DNA from: Gammaproteobacteria bacterium
Lineage (GTDB): Bacteria > Pseudomonadota > Gammaproteobacteria > CAJXQU01
NCBI GenBank assembly: GCA_965238175.1
Contig: CBDEGZ010000003.1
Span: 448,001-512,000, forward strand
DNA length: 64,000 nucleotides
Reading direction: 5' to 3'
Shown here piece after piece: positions 51,363 through 61,446 of the stretch. A model generated the notes under the pieces. It was given only the letters and a program-made list of their open reading frames with translations. It did not search any database and was not told where the DNA came from. How positions within the stretch are numbered: position 1 is the stretch's first letter; each line of letters begins with the position of its first letter. The translations under genes and the position numbers were made by a program.

Positions 51363-53123
51363 CTATGCAGATCCAAAGAGGGTCTCGGTTTTTCTAAATC
51401 GTTCGAGTGTGAACTCATCTCGACGTAAGCCATCTTCTATTTGTGAACCGGTGATAGGTTTGCTAAATAAGAATCCCTGCATTACATTGATGCCAAGCTG
51501 TTCCACACGTTCTAATTGTTCTATGGTTTCGATTCCTTCAGCAACAATGCGTAAGTTTTTTGCTCGAGAAAATTCAACATACCTTTTGACACGGTCTGCC
51601 GTAGCAGTAGTCTCCATCATGCCATTGATATCGGCTCGATCTATTTTCAGAGTGTTGATAGTGTTGGCTGGAAAGTACTGGAAATAGGACTCACTACTGT
51701 AGCCTGTACCGAAATCATCTAATGCTAATGTGATACCTCTATCAACAAGCGATTGTATGTTGTACTGAGTGATTGCATCATTTTTGTTGACAAGCTGTCT
51801 TTCGGTAATTTCTAGTTCGATTTGTTTTGGATCAATGTCATATTTTTCGAAGACTAAATTTACACGTTCCAGTAGGTAAGGATCCTGTAACTGGCGTGCT
51901 GACAAATTAATAGCCATTACTAATGATGTATATTTTGATTGCCACAATTTTATCTTTCGGCAGGCCTCGTCAAGTACCCATTCGCCAACCTCCAAGATCA
52001 TATCGGAGGATTCTAGTTCATCTATGAAAGCACCGGGTAACATAGGACCTTGTTCAGGGTGAAACCAGCGCAATAATGCTTCCATACCGATAATTCTTCC
52101 TTCTTTTACACCAAAAAGAGGTTGGTAGTGGAGTTCGAATTGCTGTTCCTGCAGAGCTTTTTTCAGATCACTTTCGAGATTGTATTTCCAGATAGCCTCG
52201 CCGGTTAAATTTTCTGTATACAGCTTGTATCGATTACCTCCAGCGTCAGCAGCACGTTTCATTGCGACAGTGGCGGATTTGATCGACTCATGATAACCAT
52301 TGCACTCAGGATAAGTTGCAATACCTACACTCGCGGTCATTTTAAAAGTATGCTCATCAATGATGAACCTGCGAGAAAAAGCGCGGACTATTCGTTCTGC
52401 AAGAAGTGCAACTTCACTGGTCTTCTCCAAGTTTTCAAGAATCACCATGAACTTGTCATCTTCAATATGGGCAATAGTGTCACCTTTGCGTAAACTTTGA
52501 TTAAAGAGTTTTGTGGCTTTGGTAAGAACGGCGTCACTTATTCTTGATCCAAGCTTATCTTTTACAGAATGGAAATCTTTAAGGTGTACCGAGAGTAGGC
52601 CAATAGAGGCTTGACTTCTGTCCGCTCGGTTTATAGCTTGTTCATACCTATCTTTGAAGAGGGTTGCGTTGGGCAATCCAGTTTTTGGTTCATACAGAAG
52701 CTCGGTAGCAGAAACTTCCATATTTCTGCTGCTTGTTGCTTCCATTCTCTTAATCGCGAAGAGTATTTTACTGACGATGTGGTTTGTATCAGTCTCAGAT
52801 TTTATAATTTGATCTTGTAATCCAAATTCGATCGCTTCATTAGCCTTATTTTGGTCCTCTAGATCCGTCAGGCCAATAACGGGAATACCTAGATCATCAA
52901 TTTCTAATTCTAAAATTCTATCAATGCTATCCAGTTGTTTTAAGCCAAAATTTAACAGGACGGCATCATATCTATTTTCTCTGAGGCACTTACTCGCTTT
53001 GGTAAACATAGAAACCCGCTCATATTTAAAAGTATGAGTAGGATGTTTATCCATTAACGCACGAAAATAATCTGCAAAATCGAGATCATCATCGACTAAT
53101 AAAATTTGATATTCCTTTTTCAC
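51363..53123 (-). CDS. REC-GGDEF(degenerate)-EAL protein, probable c-di-GMP phosphodiesterase
   Basis: ILLVDDD receiver; EDDKF at the GGDEF position; EALLRW, ELEITE, DDFGTGYSS, AEGIE. Confidence 0.9.
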   Translation of the reverse strand: MKKEYQILLVDDDLDFADYFRALMDKHPTHTFKYERVSMFTKASKCLRENRYDAVLLNFGLKQLDSIDRILELEIDDLGIPVIGLTDLEDQNKANEAIEFGLQDQIIKSETDTNHIVSKILFAIKRMEATSSRNMEVSATELLYEPKTGLPNATLFKDRYEQAINRADRSQASIGLLSVHLKDFHSVKDKLGSRISDAVLTKATKLFNQSLRKGDTIAHIEDDKFMVILENLEKTSEVALLAERIVRAFSRRFIIDEHTFKMTASVGIATYPECNGYHESIKSATVAMKRAADAGGNRYKLYTENLTGEAIWKYNLESDLKKALQEQQFELHYQPLFGVKEGRIIGMEALLRWFHPEQGPMLPGAFIDELESSDMILEVGEWVLDEACRKIKLWQSKYTSLVMAINLSARQLQDPYLLERVNLVFEKYDIDPKQIELEITERQLVNKNDAITQYNIQSLVDRGITLALDDFGTGYSSESYFQYFPANTINTLKIDRADINGMMETTATADRVKRYVEFSRAKNLRIVAEGIETIEQLERVEQLGINVMQGFLFSKPITGSQIEDGLRRDEFTLERFRKTETLFGSA

Positions 53124-53268
53124 CGAGTACCTGCATCACTATTTTGATCAGGTACAATAAATGCGTTTACCTGACCGGTTATACAGGTCTATGTCGGTCT
53201 GTGGTGGAGAAACTTTAGGAACTACAAGGACTCTCCCTGTGGATCTGAAAGCGTTTTAGGTCGACGTA

Positions 53269-56160
53269 TTACAAAGTTACAATTTCAAGATCCAATTTTT
53301 CGAGATCAGATCGGCTAGTTGGATTACTGACAACAGCAATATTTTCATTTTGTGGTTGTAAATAAACTTCCGCAACACGCTTTAAATCACCTATAGAAAC
53401 ATCAAGAACAGCTTTTCGGTTTTCTTGTCTGAATTCTGGATGACGTCCATGTAACTTGAGTAAATGTGTCTGGATAGCCTCGCCAGCAGGAGAGTTTGGC
53501 CGATCAATTGCACTGATCACCCCAAGAATAGCTTCTTCGAGTTGACGATATTCGTGCTTATTGTCTAACAACCATGTTATTGATTGATCAAAGTCATCTA
53601 ATGTTTCAGCTATACGTGGATCACGATAAGAAAAAAAGCGAAATGTTCCCGTGCCACTATCATAAGATGCACCAGAACCATAAGCACCACCTTTTTCACG
53701 GATAGCAGTGTGTAAATAACCATTGTGCAGAAATCGACTTAATACTGTTAGAGCTACGGCATCAGGATGACTACTTGGAACTGTTGTGTAGGCTTTAGCG
53801 CAGAAATTAACTTGTGTACTAGTAAGCCATCCTTGCTTAGTCGTTTCAGTAGAGAAATGCGGATCAAAACTATCGATTATATTGGTCGTTGATCCTGCCC
53901 AAATCGTTTTTAGATCAGTCTGGATCTGCTTATGATCTTTTTGTTCAGCCACAATTAAAAATTCATTCGCAGTCGCTAGAATTTTTTGATGTATGGAGAT
54001 TAAAACTTCTGTAAATTGATCAATACCTTGATCAGCTGAAAATGCTTCATCAAGCTCAATTAGGTTTTTGATCCCGCGTAGTCCTGTCCATTGGTGTCCA
54101 AGTTTTGCTGATGGACTCAATCCCGAAGCCGCTGCTGACATTGCAAATGATTGTCCGCTGTTAGTTATTGATGCCTCACGGCTGGCTCTGTACTGGGCAA
54201 TAATTTCTTTTAATCGCTCAGCTTCATCAAAACGTGGTTTGGTAAAATGATCGTGTATTACACTGGCAAAATCGTGATGCTTTCGGTTTAAACCGGAGAC
54301 GCTCATTCTGAAAAATGAGTTAATCGTTTGAGCATCTTCGATACTGCCACGGATACTTAATGAAGCATGCACGCCACTACTCACTGAGGACTGTCTAGCT
54401 TGCATCTGCAAATAATCCTGATCACCCGCACCTAACTCAGTTATACAATCCGAATAAAGACTGAGAGCTACAATCTCGGTCTCCGTCATTGCAGGCAATG
54501 GCAAAATAACGCTTTCATAAACTAAGCCATTGGTCGGCTCGTCATAGCAACTGGTTTTGTAGTTTGAAATTTTAAGTGTCTTGTCTACTGGCAGTGGATA
54601 ATCGGTAGGTACATCTTCCAAACCAACCTTAGGCAGAACTTCAGGGTTATCTTCAGCATTTTGCCGCGCTTCAAGCTGCTCGGCTAATTTGATAATTTGC
54701 TGTTTTTCTGACTCGGATAATTTTGATTTCTGATCAATCAGACGTTGTTTTTCTTCCGCTTCTTTTTTTGCAGAAAGACCCGTATCCGGCACCATCATCA
54801 TACGAATACGGTGTGGATTATCCAACAAAGCCTCTTTAATCAATGTTTTAATAAAGTCAGGATCTTTTATTTTTTTCCGTAATTGATTAAGTAATGGATC
54901 AAGATCTAGCGCCGCAATTGGATCACCTTTATGTAAAGCAATCGGTAAGATGTTTCCGGCAAGTCGTAAACCATAACCTGATGGAATTTCACGTTGATCA
55001 AGCTCAAATTGATGCAATACAGATTCAACCATTTCTTGCGATACACCATTGCTAGCAACATCTTCGAAAACGCCTAAAATTAGTTTTTCAATTTCATCAG
55101 CTTTTTCTGGATCGGTACCTTCAACACCACAAATGAAAGCTGCCTCGTGAGATGAATTATCAAGGCCACATAAATCGGAAGGTGCATTTGCCAGATCGGT
55201 TTTTTCTAAAGCTAGGCGTAGTGGAGACGCGCTATTATCCAGTAACACACCACTAAGCAATTGCATATTCATCATTGCTTCCAGATCAATGATCGGACCG
55301 AGTAACCAATGCATCACTAGATGTGTTTTATGTGATGTGTCTTTCTCATCGGTATCGAACGCATAAGGAATAGTAACTCGTTGAGGTTCGGTAAACCGTT
55401 GTTCATTAGGAACCGAAAAATCTAATTCTTTACGATCAAACTTGCTCAAAGCCCAATCGTGAATATTCCGTTGGTGCTCTTCGACCGGAAAATTGCCATA
55501 GGTAATGATCACCGCATTTGATGGGTGATAATGTTCGGCATGAAATTCTTTTAATTGATCGTAGGTAAGATCAGGAATATTGGCTGGCTCGCCACCACTA
55601 TTGTGGTGATAGGTTGTTGTTGGAAATAACGCACTGTTAGATGCTTGCCACAGTTGTGAGACGGGTGAACTCATGGCACCTTTCATTTCGTTAAAAACAA
55701 CACCTTTGAAGACTAAATCAGATTCTGGATCATTAGCTGCTTCGAATTCAACGCGATGCCCTTCCTGGGCAAAATCAAGTGGGTCAAGGCGTGGGAAAAA
55801 TACCGCATCCAGATACACTTCCAACAGGTTATCAAAATCTTTTCGCGATTGGGAAGAGAATGGATAAGCTGTCCAGTCACTACTGGTCATGGCGTTCATA
55901 AACGTATTTAGGGAACGCCGGATCATCATAAAAAATGGATCACGAACCGGAAATTTTTTACTTCCACAAAGTGAGGTATGTTCAAGTATGTGGGCAACCC
56001 CAGTTGAGTCTTGTGGTACGGTCGCAAAACCAATCGAAAAACTATTATTATTGTCGTCGGCATCGACATGGAAATGCCGTGTACCAGTCTTCTTGTGCAC
56101 ATATTCCTGCACTTCAATTTTCAGTGAATCGATTTTTTGTTTTCGGATTAGTTCGAACAT
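53269..56160 (-). CDS. M16C (presequence protease-like) zinc metallopeptidase
   Basis: HILEH (HxxEH), RSLNTFMNA, IREKGGAYG, SYRDP. Confidence 0.93.
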   Translation of the reverse strand: MFELIRKQKIDSLKIEVQEYVHKKTGTRHFHVDADDNNNSFSIGFATVPQDSTGVAHILEHTSLCGSKKFPVRDPFFMMIRRSLNTFMNAMTSSDWTAYPFSSQSRKDFDNLLEVYLDAVFFPRLDPLDFAQEGHRVEFEAANDPESDLVFKGVVFNEMKGAMSSPVSQLWQASNSALFPTTTYHHNSGGEPANIPDLTYDQLKEFHAEHYHPSNAVIITYGNFPVEEHQRNIHDWALSKFDRKELDFSVPNEQRFTEPQRVTIPYAFDTDEKDTSHKTHLVMHWLLGPIIDLEAMMNMQLLSGVLLDNSASPLRLALEKTDLANAPSDLCGLDNSSHEAAFICGVEGTDPEKADEIEKLILGVFEDVASNGVSQEMVESVLHQFELDQREIPSGYGLRLAGNILPIALHKGDPIAALDLDPLLNQLRKKIKDPDFIKTLIKEALLDNPHRIRMMMVPDTGLSAKKEAEEKQRLIDQKSKLSESEKQQIIKLAEQLEARQNAEDNPEVLPKVGLEDVPTDYPLPVDKTLKISNYKTSCYDEPTNGLVYESVILPLPAMTETEIVALSLYSDCITELGAGDQDYLQMQARQSSVSSGVHASLSIRGSIEDAQTINSFFRMSVSGLNRKHHDFASVIHDHFTKPRFDEAERLKEIIAQYRASREASITNSGQSFAMSAAASGLSPSAKLGHQWTGLRGIKNLIELDEAFSADQGIDQFTEVLISIHQKILATANEFLIVAEQKDHKQIQTDLKTIWAGSTTNIIDSFDPHFSTETTKQGWLTSTQVNFCAKAYTTVPSSHPDAVALTVLSRFLHNGYLHTAIREKGGAYGSGASYDSGTGTFRFFSYRDPRIAETLDDFDQSITWLLDNKHEYRQLEEAILGVISAIDRPNSPAGEAIQTHLLKLHGRHPEFRQENRKAVLDVSIGDLKRVAEVYLQPQNENIAVVSNPTSRSDLEKLDLEIVTL

Positions 56161-56187
56161 AAGTAGTGTAAAAACCTTTATATAAAA

Positions 56188-57156
<969 letters not shown>

Positions 57157-57168
57157 CTATATGTTGAT

Positions 57169-57456
57169 CTATTTATGTGCGATTGGTTTGTCCGTAAAGA
57201 GATAATCTTTGAGTTCTTTATCCATAGTTGGATCTTGTCTTCTGATCCATTCCAGAACCATTGCTGCGTGTTCTTTTTCTTCATCACGATTGTGTGCGAG
57301 GATCGCTTTTAGCTCTTCGTCTTTACAGGCATCTACTCGCTGGTTATACCAATCCACCGCTTCTAACTCTTCCATCAGTGACGTAATTGCGCGATGCATA
57401 TCCCGCGTTTTATCAGATAGCTCTGAAATAGGTTCGTGATAGCCTTCATTTGACAT
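57169..57456 (-). CDS. Encapsulin-associated ferritin-like protein (EncFtn/Flp), no targeting tail
   Basis: HRAITSLMEELEAVDWYNQR...ILAHNRDEEKEHAAM ferroxidase motifs. Confidence 0.92.
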   Translation of the reverse strand: MSNEGYHEPISELSDKTRDMHRAITSLMEELEAVDWYNQRVDACKDEELKAILAHNRDEEKEHAAMVLEWIRRQDPTMDKELKDYLFTDKPIAHK

Positions 57457-57511
57457 AGAAACCTCCGGATTGTTAGCAGGAATTTATTTAACAAGGGTCA
57501 ATTCCTGAGAT

Positions 57512-57538
57512 AAAAAGGGGCGGTGTAAGACCGCCCCT
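57512..57538 (-). terminator. Intrinsic terminator after the peroxiredoxin gene
   Basis: Minus strand GGGGCGGT-cttac-ACCGCCCC-TTTTT. Confidence 0.75.
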
Positions 57539-57591
57539 GCGTTTGTTTTAGTAGTAAAAAATATTTACTAATACTGATTACAGATCCTGGT

Positions 57592-58191
57592 TTACAAATT
57601 ATCCGCATTATCAGAAAGATAGTTTGCAACGCCGTCAGCGTCAGGAACCATGCCTTTGTCGCCTTTATTCCAACCTGCTGGACAAACTTCACCATGTTCT
57701 TCAGTGAATTGCAGTGCTTCAACAAGTCGGATCATTTCATCAACATTTCGACCAAGTGGAAGGTTATTGACACTTTGTGATTGAATGATACCTTCTTTAT
57801 CGATCAAAAATGATCCACGCAGAGCTACGCCAGCAGGATGTCGCACATCATATTTTTTCATGATTTTTTGTTTTGTATCAGCAACCAAAGGATATGAAAC
57901 CTGGCCAATACCACCTTTGTTGACGGGTGTTTCACGCCATGCGTGATGAGTGAATTGCGAGTCAATTGATACGCCAATAACTTGAGTGTTTAGCGCTTCG
58001 AACTGTTTTACACGGTGATCATGTGCAATCAATTCTGATGGACATACGAAAGTAAAGTCGAGAGGATAAAAGAATAACACTACATATTGACCACGATAAT
58101 CAGACAGGCTGAAATCCTCTTTTATAGAGCCATCAGGCATGACGGCAGCGGCTGTGAAATTTGGTGCTTTTTTAGTGACGAGTACGCTCAT
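57592..58191 (-). CDS. ahpC: 2-Cys peroxiredoxin (AhpC/TsaA)
   Basis: FYPLDFTFVCP and GEVCPAGW. Confidence 0.93.
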   Translation of the reverse strand: MSVLVTKKAPNFTAAAVMPDGSIKEDFSLSDYRGQYVVLFFYPLDFTFVCPSELIAHDHRVKQFEALNTQVIGVSIDSQFTHHAWRETPVNKGGIGQVSYPLVADTKQKIMKKYDVRHPAGVALRGSFLIDKEGIIQSQSVNNLPLGRNVDEMIRLVEALQFTEEHGEVCPAGWNKGDKGMVPDADGVANYLSDNADNL

Positions 58192-58282
58192 TAGTTTTTC
58201 CTATATCTGTATTATTTTAAAAAAAGGTTATTAACTTTATCTTGGGGTTAATTAAAGTAACCACCATTAGATTTTTTGTAAA

Positions 58283-58319
58283 ATTAATTGTATCTATAGT
58301 TACGATAGAAAATTACTAT
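58283..58319. promoter_or_regulatory. OxyR-type binding site upstream of the peroxiredoxin
   Basis: ATTA-N7-CTAT-N7-ATAG-N7-CTAT against consensus ATAG-N7-CTAT-N7-ATAG-N7-CTAT. Confidence 0.75.
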
Positions 58320-58529
58320 ACAGTTCAACCCTATGTGTGAACATCAGTAGTTTAACTGATCCAGAGTAGGTTTTTGAGAACTATATTGAGTATTTTGAAG
58401 AGATCAGTTTTTTGATTATCTATTTAGTCCAATAAATGCTACATGTCGATATGTATTCTAAAAAATCTTTCTACCAGAATAAACAACGCATCTCTATACT
58501 AGGAAGAGTGTATATTAGATAATTCACGC

Positions 58530-59243
58530 ATGACTCTGGCTCTGAAATTCGACGAAGTAAAAAAATCTTATGGTAAGCAAAAAGTGCTAGATGCTATCTC
58601 GCTCGATATTGGCAAGGGAAGTATCGTCGGCCTTATTGGTGAAAATGGTGCTGGTAAAACGACTTTGATCAAATGTATGTTGGATTTTTGTGAACTCCAA
58701 TCAGGTAGCATAGAAATATTTGGAATTGATCATCGAATAACCGGATCCCGTTCACGATTAGCTTTTTTACCAGAGAGATTTACGCCACCTTATTTTGTTA
58801 CCGGTACGGATTTTCTAAAACACATGTCTAGAATGAATCAGATAAAAGTTGATTCAAATGTCTTGGAGAAAACGATGCTTGCATTAGATCTTGATCCGAC
58901 AGCACTTAATAAACTGGTTCATGCATTTTCTAAAGGTATGGCGCAAAAATTGGGTTTGGCCGCAGTTCTTATGAGTGAAAAAGAGTTATTGGTGATGGAT
59001 GAGCCAATGAGCGGGCTTGATCCTAAGGCCCGCATTTTACTAAAACGCCGTTTAGTCGCACTCAAAGAAGAAGATAAAAGTCTGTTCTTCAGTACCCATT
59101 TGCTTGCAGATGTTGAAGAGCTTTGTGATCAGGTCGTCATTCTCCATAAAGGTAAACTGAAATTTGTTGGTAGTTCGCAGGAATGCTGTGAACATTACGA
59201 TGCATCGACATTAGAAGAAGCTTATATTTCCTCGATCTCATAA
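58530..59243 (+). CDS. ABC transporter ATP-binding protein (no adjacent permease)
   Basis: GENGAGKTT, FSKGMAQK, MDEPMSGLDP. Confidence 0.9.
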   Translation: MTLALKFDEVKKSYGKQKVLDAISLDIGKGSIVGLIGENGAGKTTLIKCMLDFCELQSGSIEIFGIDHRITGSRSRLAFLPERFTPPYFVTGTDFLKHMSRMNQIKVDSNVLEKTMLALDLDPTALNKLVHAFSKGMAQKLGLAAVLMSEKELLVMDEPMSGLDPKARILLKRRLVALKEEDKSLFFSTHLLADVEELCDQVVILHKGKLKFVGSSQECCEHYDASTLEEAYISSIS

Positions 59244-59638
59244 TCGTGAGTAATCTCTGCAGTTTTACCGAGCATCAAAGATGCTGAGCAATACTTTTCC
59301 GCAGAAAGTGAAACTGCTCGTTTGACTTGTGATTCTTTAATGTTACGACCACGGACAATGAAGTGTGCATGAATTTTAGTAAACACCTTCGGTATTTCTT
59401 CAGATCGCTCAGAACTTAGCTCAACCTCCACACTAAAGATATCCTGTCGTGCTTTTTTTAGCATAGAAACGATATCAAATTGAGCACAACCACCCATCCC
59501 TAGCAATAACATCTCCATTGGACGTGCGCCCAGGTCACGGCCACCGAATTCTGGCGCCCCATCCATCACAACAGAATGACCGCTCCCAGACTCACCGATA
59601 AATGTCATGTGCTCGACCCATTTAACCCGTGCTTGCAT
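59222..59638 (-). CDS. OsmC family protein (YhfA-like)
   Basis: RPMEMLLLGMGGC, SAEKYCSAS; divergent from crp. Confidence 0.92.
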   Translation of the reverse strand: MQARVKWVEHMTFIGESGSGHSVVMDGAPEFGGRDLGARPMEMLLLGMGGCAQFDIVSMLKKARQDIFSVEVELSSERSEEIPKVFTKIHAHFIVRGRNIKESQVKRAVSLSAEKYCSASLMLGKTAEITHDYEIEEI

Positions 59639-59805
59639 TAATTTACTCCTTTTACTACCGTTTTGTTGAGGCCAAGCGTATCATATATTGTCTTATTAGA
59701 AACTGCTTAGAAGGGTATATTTCTTCTTATATAGATATGCTTCTTAACTCTTTTTGGGTTTAGGATGTTAGTCTGAATTGGAACTGTAATTATGGAGGAG
59801 GTAAC

Positions 59806-60447
59806 GTGGTTATCCCTGTTTTCAAAGCACCAGAAACACCTGAATATATCGAGAAACTTCTGGAGCAGTCTCATCGAAAAACGTTTCCTGCGAAAAATAC
59901 GATCTTGCGTCAGGGTGATCCTGCCACTGAATTACTTTATGTTGTTGAGGGATCGGTTTCGGTATTACTGGAAGATGAGAAAGGTCGTGAGATCGTCCTT
60001 GCCTATTTGAATGAAGGCGAGTTTTTTGGTGAACTTGGACTTTTTGAAGACGATATCAAGCGAGTTGCATTTGTTCGAGGGCGTACACCCTGCGAAATAG
60101 CATATATTGCGTATGACAAGGTTAGAGTACTAGCGGAACAGTACCCAGCTCTTCTATTCCGTATCTCCAAACAGTTGTCGACACGTTTGCAAAAAACAAA
60201 TCGAAAAGTCGGCGATCTGGCATTCATGGATGTTTCTGGTCGTGTTGCCCGAACGTTACTCGAACTTTGTAAAGAACCAGATGCAATGACCCACCCGGAT
60301 GGAATGCAGATCCGTATTACTCGTCAGGAACTTGGGCGAATTGTTGGTTGCTCAAGAGAAATGGTCGGTCGTGTATTAAAAGGACTTGAAGAACAAATGC
60401 TCATTACCGTTTCAGGTAAAACGATTGTTGTACTTGGTGTTCGATGA
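59806..60447 (+). CDS. crp: CRP/Vfr-family cyclic nucleotide-binding regulator
   Basis: GELGLF, AMTHPDGMQIRITRQELGRIVGCSREMVGR. Confidence 0.93.
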   Translation: MVIPVFKAPETPEYIEKLLEQSHRKTFPAKNTILRQGDPATELLYVVEGSVSVLLEDEKGREIVLAYLNEGEFFGELGLFEDDIKRVAFVRGRTPCEIAYIAYDKVRVLAEQYPALLFRISKQLSTRLQKTNRKVGDLAFMDVSGRVARTLLELCKEPDAMTHPDGMQIRITRQELGRIVGCSREMVGRVLKGLEEQMLITVSGKTIVVLGVR

Positions 60448-60484
60448 ATAAGAAGGTGTGATCAAAAAAGATTCTCTTTCAAAC

Positions 60485-60520
60485 TTGACAATTTTCCTCG
60501 TGAGCAGCAAGATCGCGCGT
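60485..60520 (+). promoter_or_regulatory. Sigma70 promoter of tRNA-Met with GC-rich discriminator
   Basis: TTGACA-17 bp-CAAGAT-CGCGCG. Confidence 0.65.
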
Positions 60521-60537
60521 CCTGAACGAAATACAAA

Positions 60538-60614
60538 GGCTATGTAGCTCAGCTGGTTAGAGCACATCACTCATAATGATGGGGTCCCTAGTTCGAATCT
60601 AGGCATAGCCACCA
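60538..60614 (+). tRNA. tRNA-Met (CAT), elongator type
   Basis: GGCTATG...CATAGCC acceptor stem, CTCATAA anticodon loop, GTTCGAATC T-loop, encoded CCA; 77 nt. Confidence 0.96.
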
Positions 60615-60726
60615 TATAAATCAATCACTTAGTTACGTTCCTATTTTGACTTGATCCCTAGAGGCTACATTCCTAGTAGCTCATATAAAACTCTTAGTGC
60701 CACTGATAATAATCTAAATCTCAACA

Positions 60727-60924
60727 ATACGAGAGACTTATGTCAATAGTGTGTTTGAATATACCAAGAACGATGGCTCCTTACGAGAGATTGATATGTC
60801 GAACTTTGTCTTTGATGCGTTAAAAGATCAATACAAAATGACAGGTGAACAACAATATGTTTTCTATACACAATGTGGCAAACCTTTTCTTTGCTATGTA
60901 GAGTTACCTTATCGTAGAGGGTAG
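60727..60924 (+). pseudogene. Tyrosine integrase internal fragment
   Basis: IRETYVNSVFEYTKNDGSLREIDMSNFVFDALKDQYKMTGEQQYVF resembles the TK..S.R.I catalytic-domain segment of phage integrases; sits just 3' of a tRNA. Confidence 0.65.
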
Positions 60925-61095
60925 ACAACTGTTACTCGAGATTTACAAAAACTGCTCAAACTAAAGAGTGTTTTCTAGAAAAGGTGAGTGGCGTTACACT
61001 CGTTACTATCTTCATATTACCCTTAACTATGTTTAAAGTTTGTTCTAATTCCTAAAAGTTTATAGCGATCTTAAGTTGTTAGGAGTTAGGGTGCT

Positions 61096-61194
61096 TATCC
61101 CTTAGAGAGTATATATTGAAAATATACCTTAGAGAGTATATATTGAAAATATACCTTAGAGAGTATATATTGAAAATATACCTTTAAGAGGATA
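61096..61194. repeat. 27-bp tandem repeat forming four HipB-type operators
   Basis: CCTTAGAGAGTATATATTGAAAATATA x3; TAT(C/A)C-N8-G(T/G)ATA sites at 61096, 61123, 61150 and 61177. Confidence 0.88.
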
Positions 61195-61200
61195 TTAATT

Positions 61201-61446
61201 GTGAAAGTTACGACAACAAAAGCACTAGGAATTATGTTGCGGGATCAACGTAAGCACAAATCTATTACTCAGTCAGTATTATCTAAACGCGCTGGGGGAC
61301 TGAAACAATCTACAGTCTCAAATTTTGAAAACAATCCCAGCTCATCAAGAGTGGACACTCTTTTCAAGTTAGTTAACGCACTAGGGCTTGAAATACAAAT
61401 TGTTGAGAAGCAGGTACCCACCAGACTAGAAGGTGATGAATGGTGA
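61201..61446 (+). CDS. hipB: HipB-like HTH antitoxin
   Basis: Xre HTH (LKQSTVSNFENNP, TLFKLVNALGLE), C-terminal Trp, overlaps hipA start. Confidence 0.9.
   Translation: MKVTTTKALGIMLRDQRKHKSITQSVLSKRAGGLKQSTVSNFENNPSSSRVDTLFKLVNALGLEIQIVEKQVPTRLEGDEW

Noticed and set aside
61096-61194. 27-bp repeats as a CRISPR array
   Set aside because: Units are contiguous with no unique spacers, no cas genes nearby, and they match HipB operators
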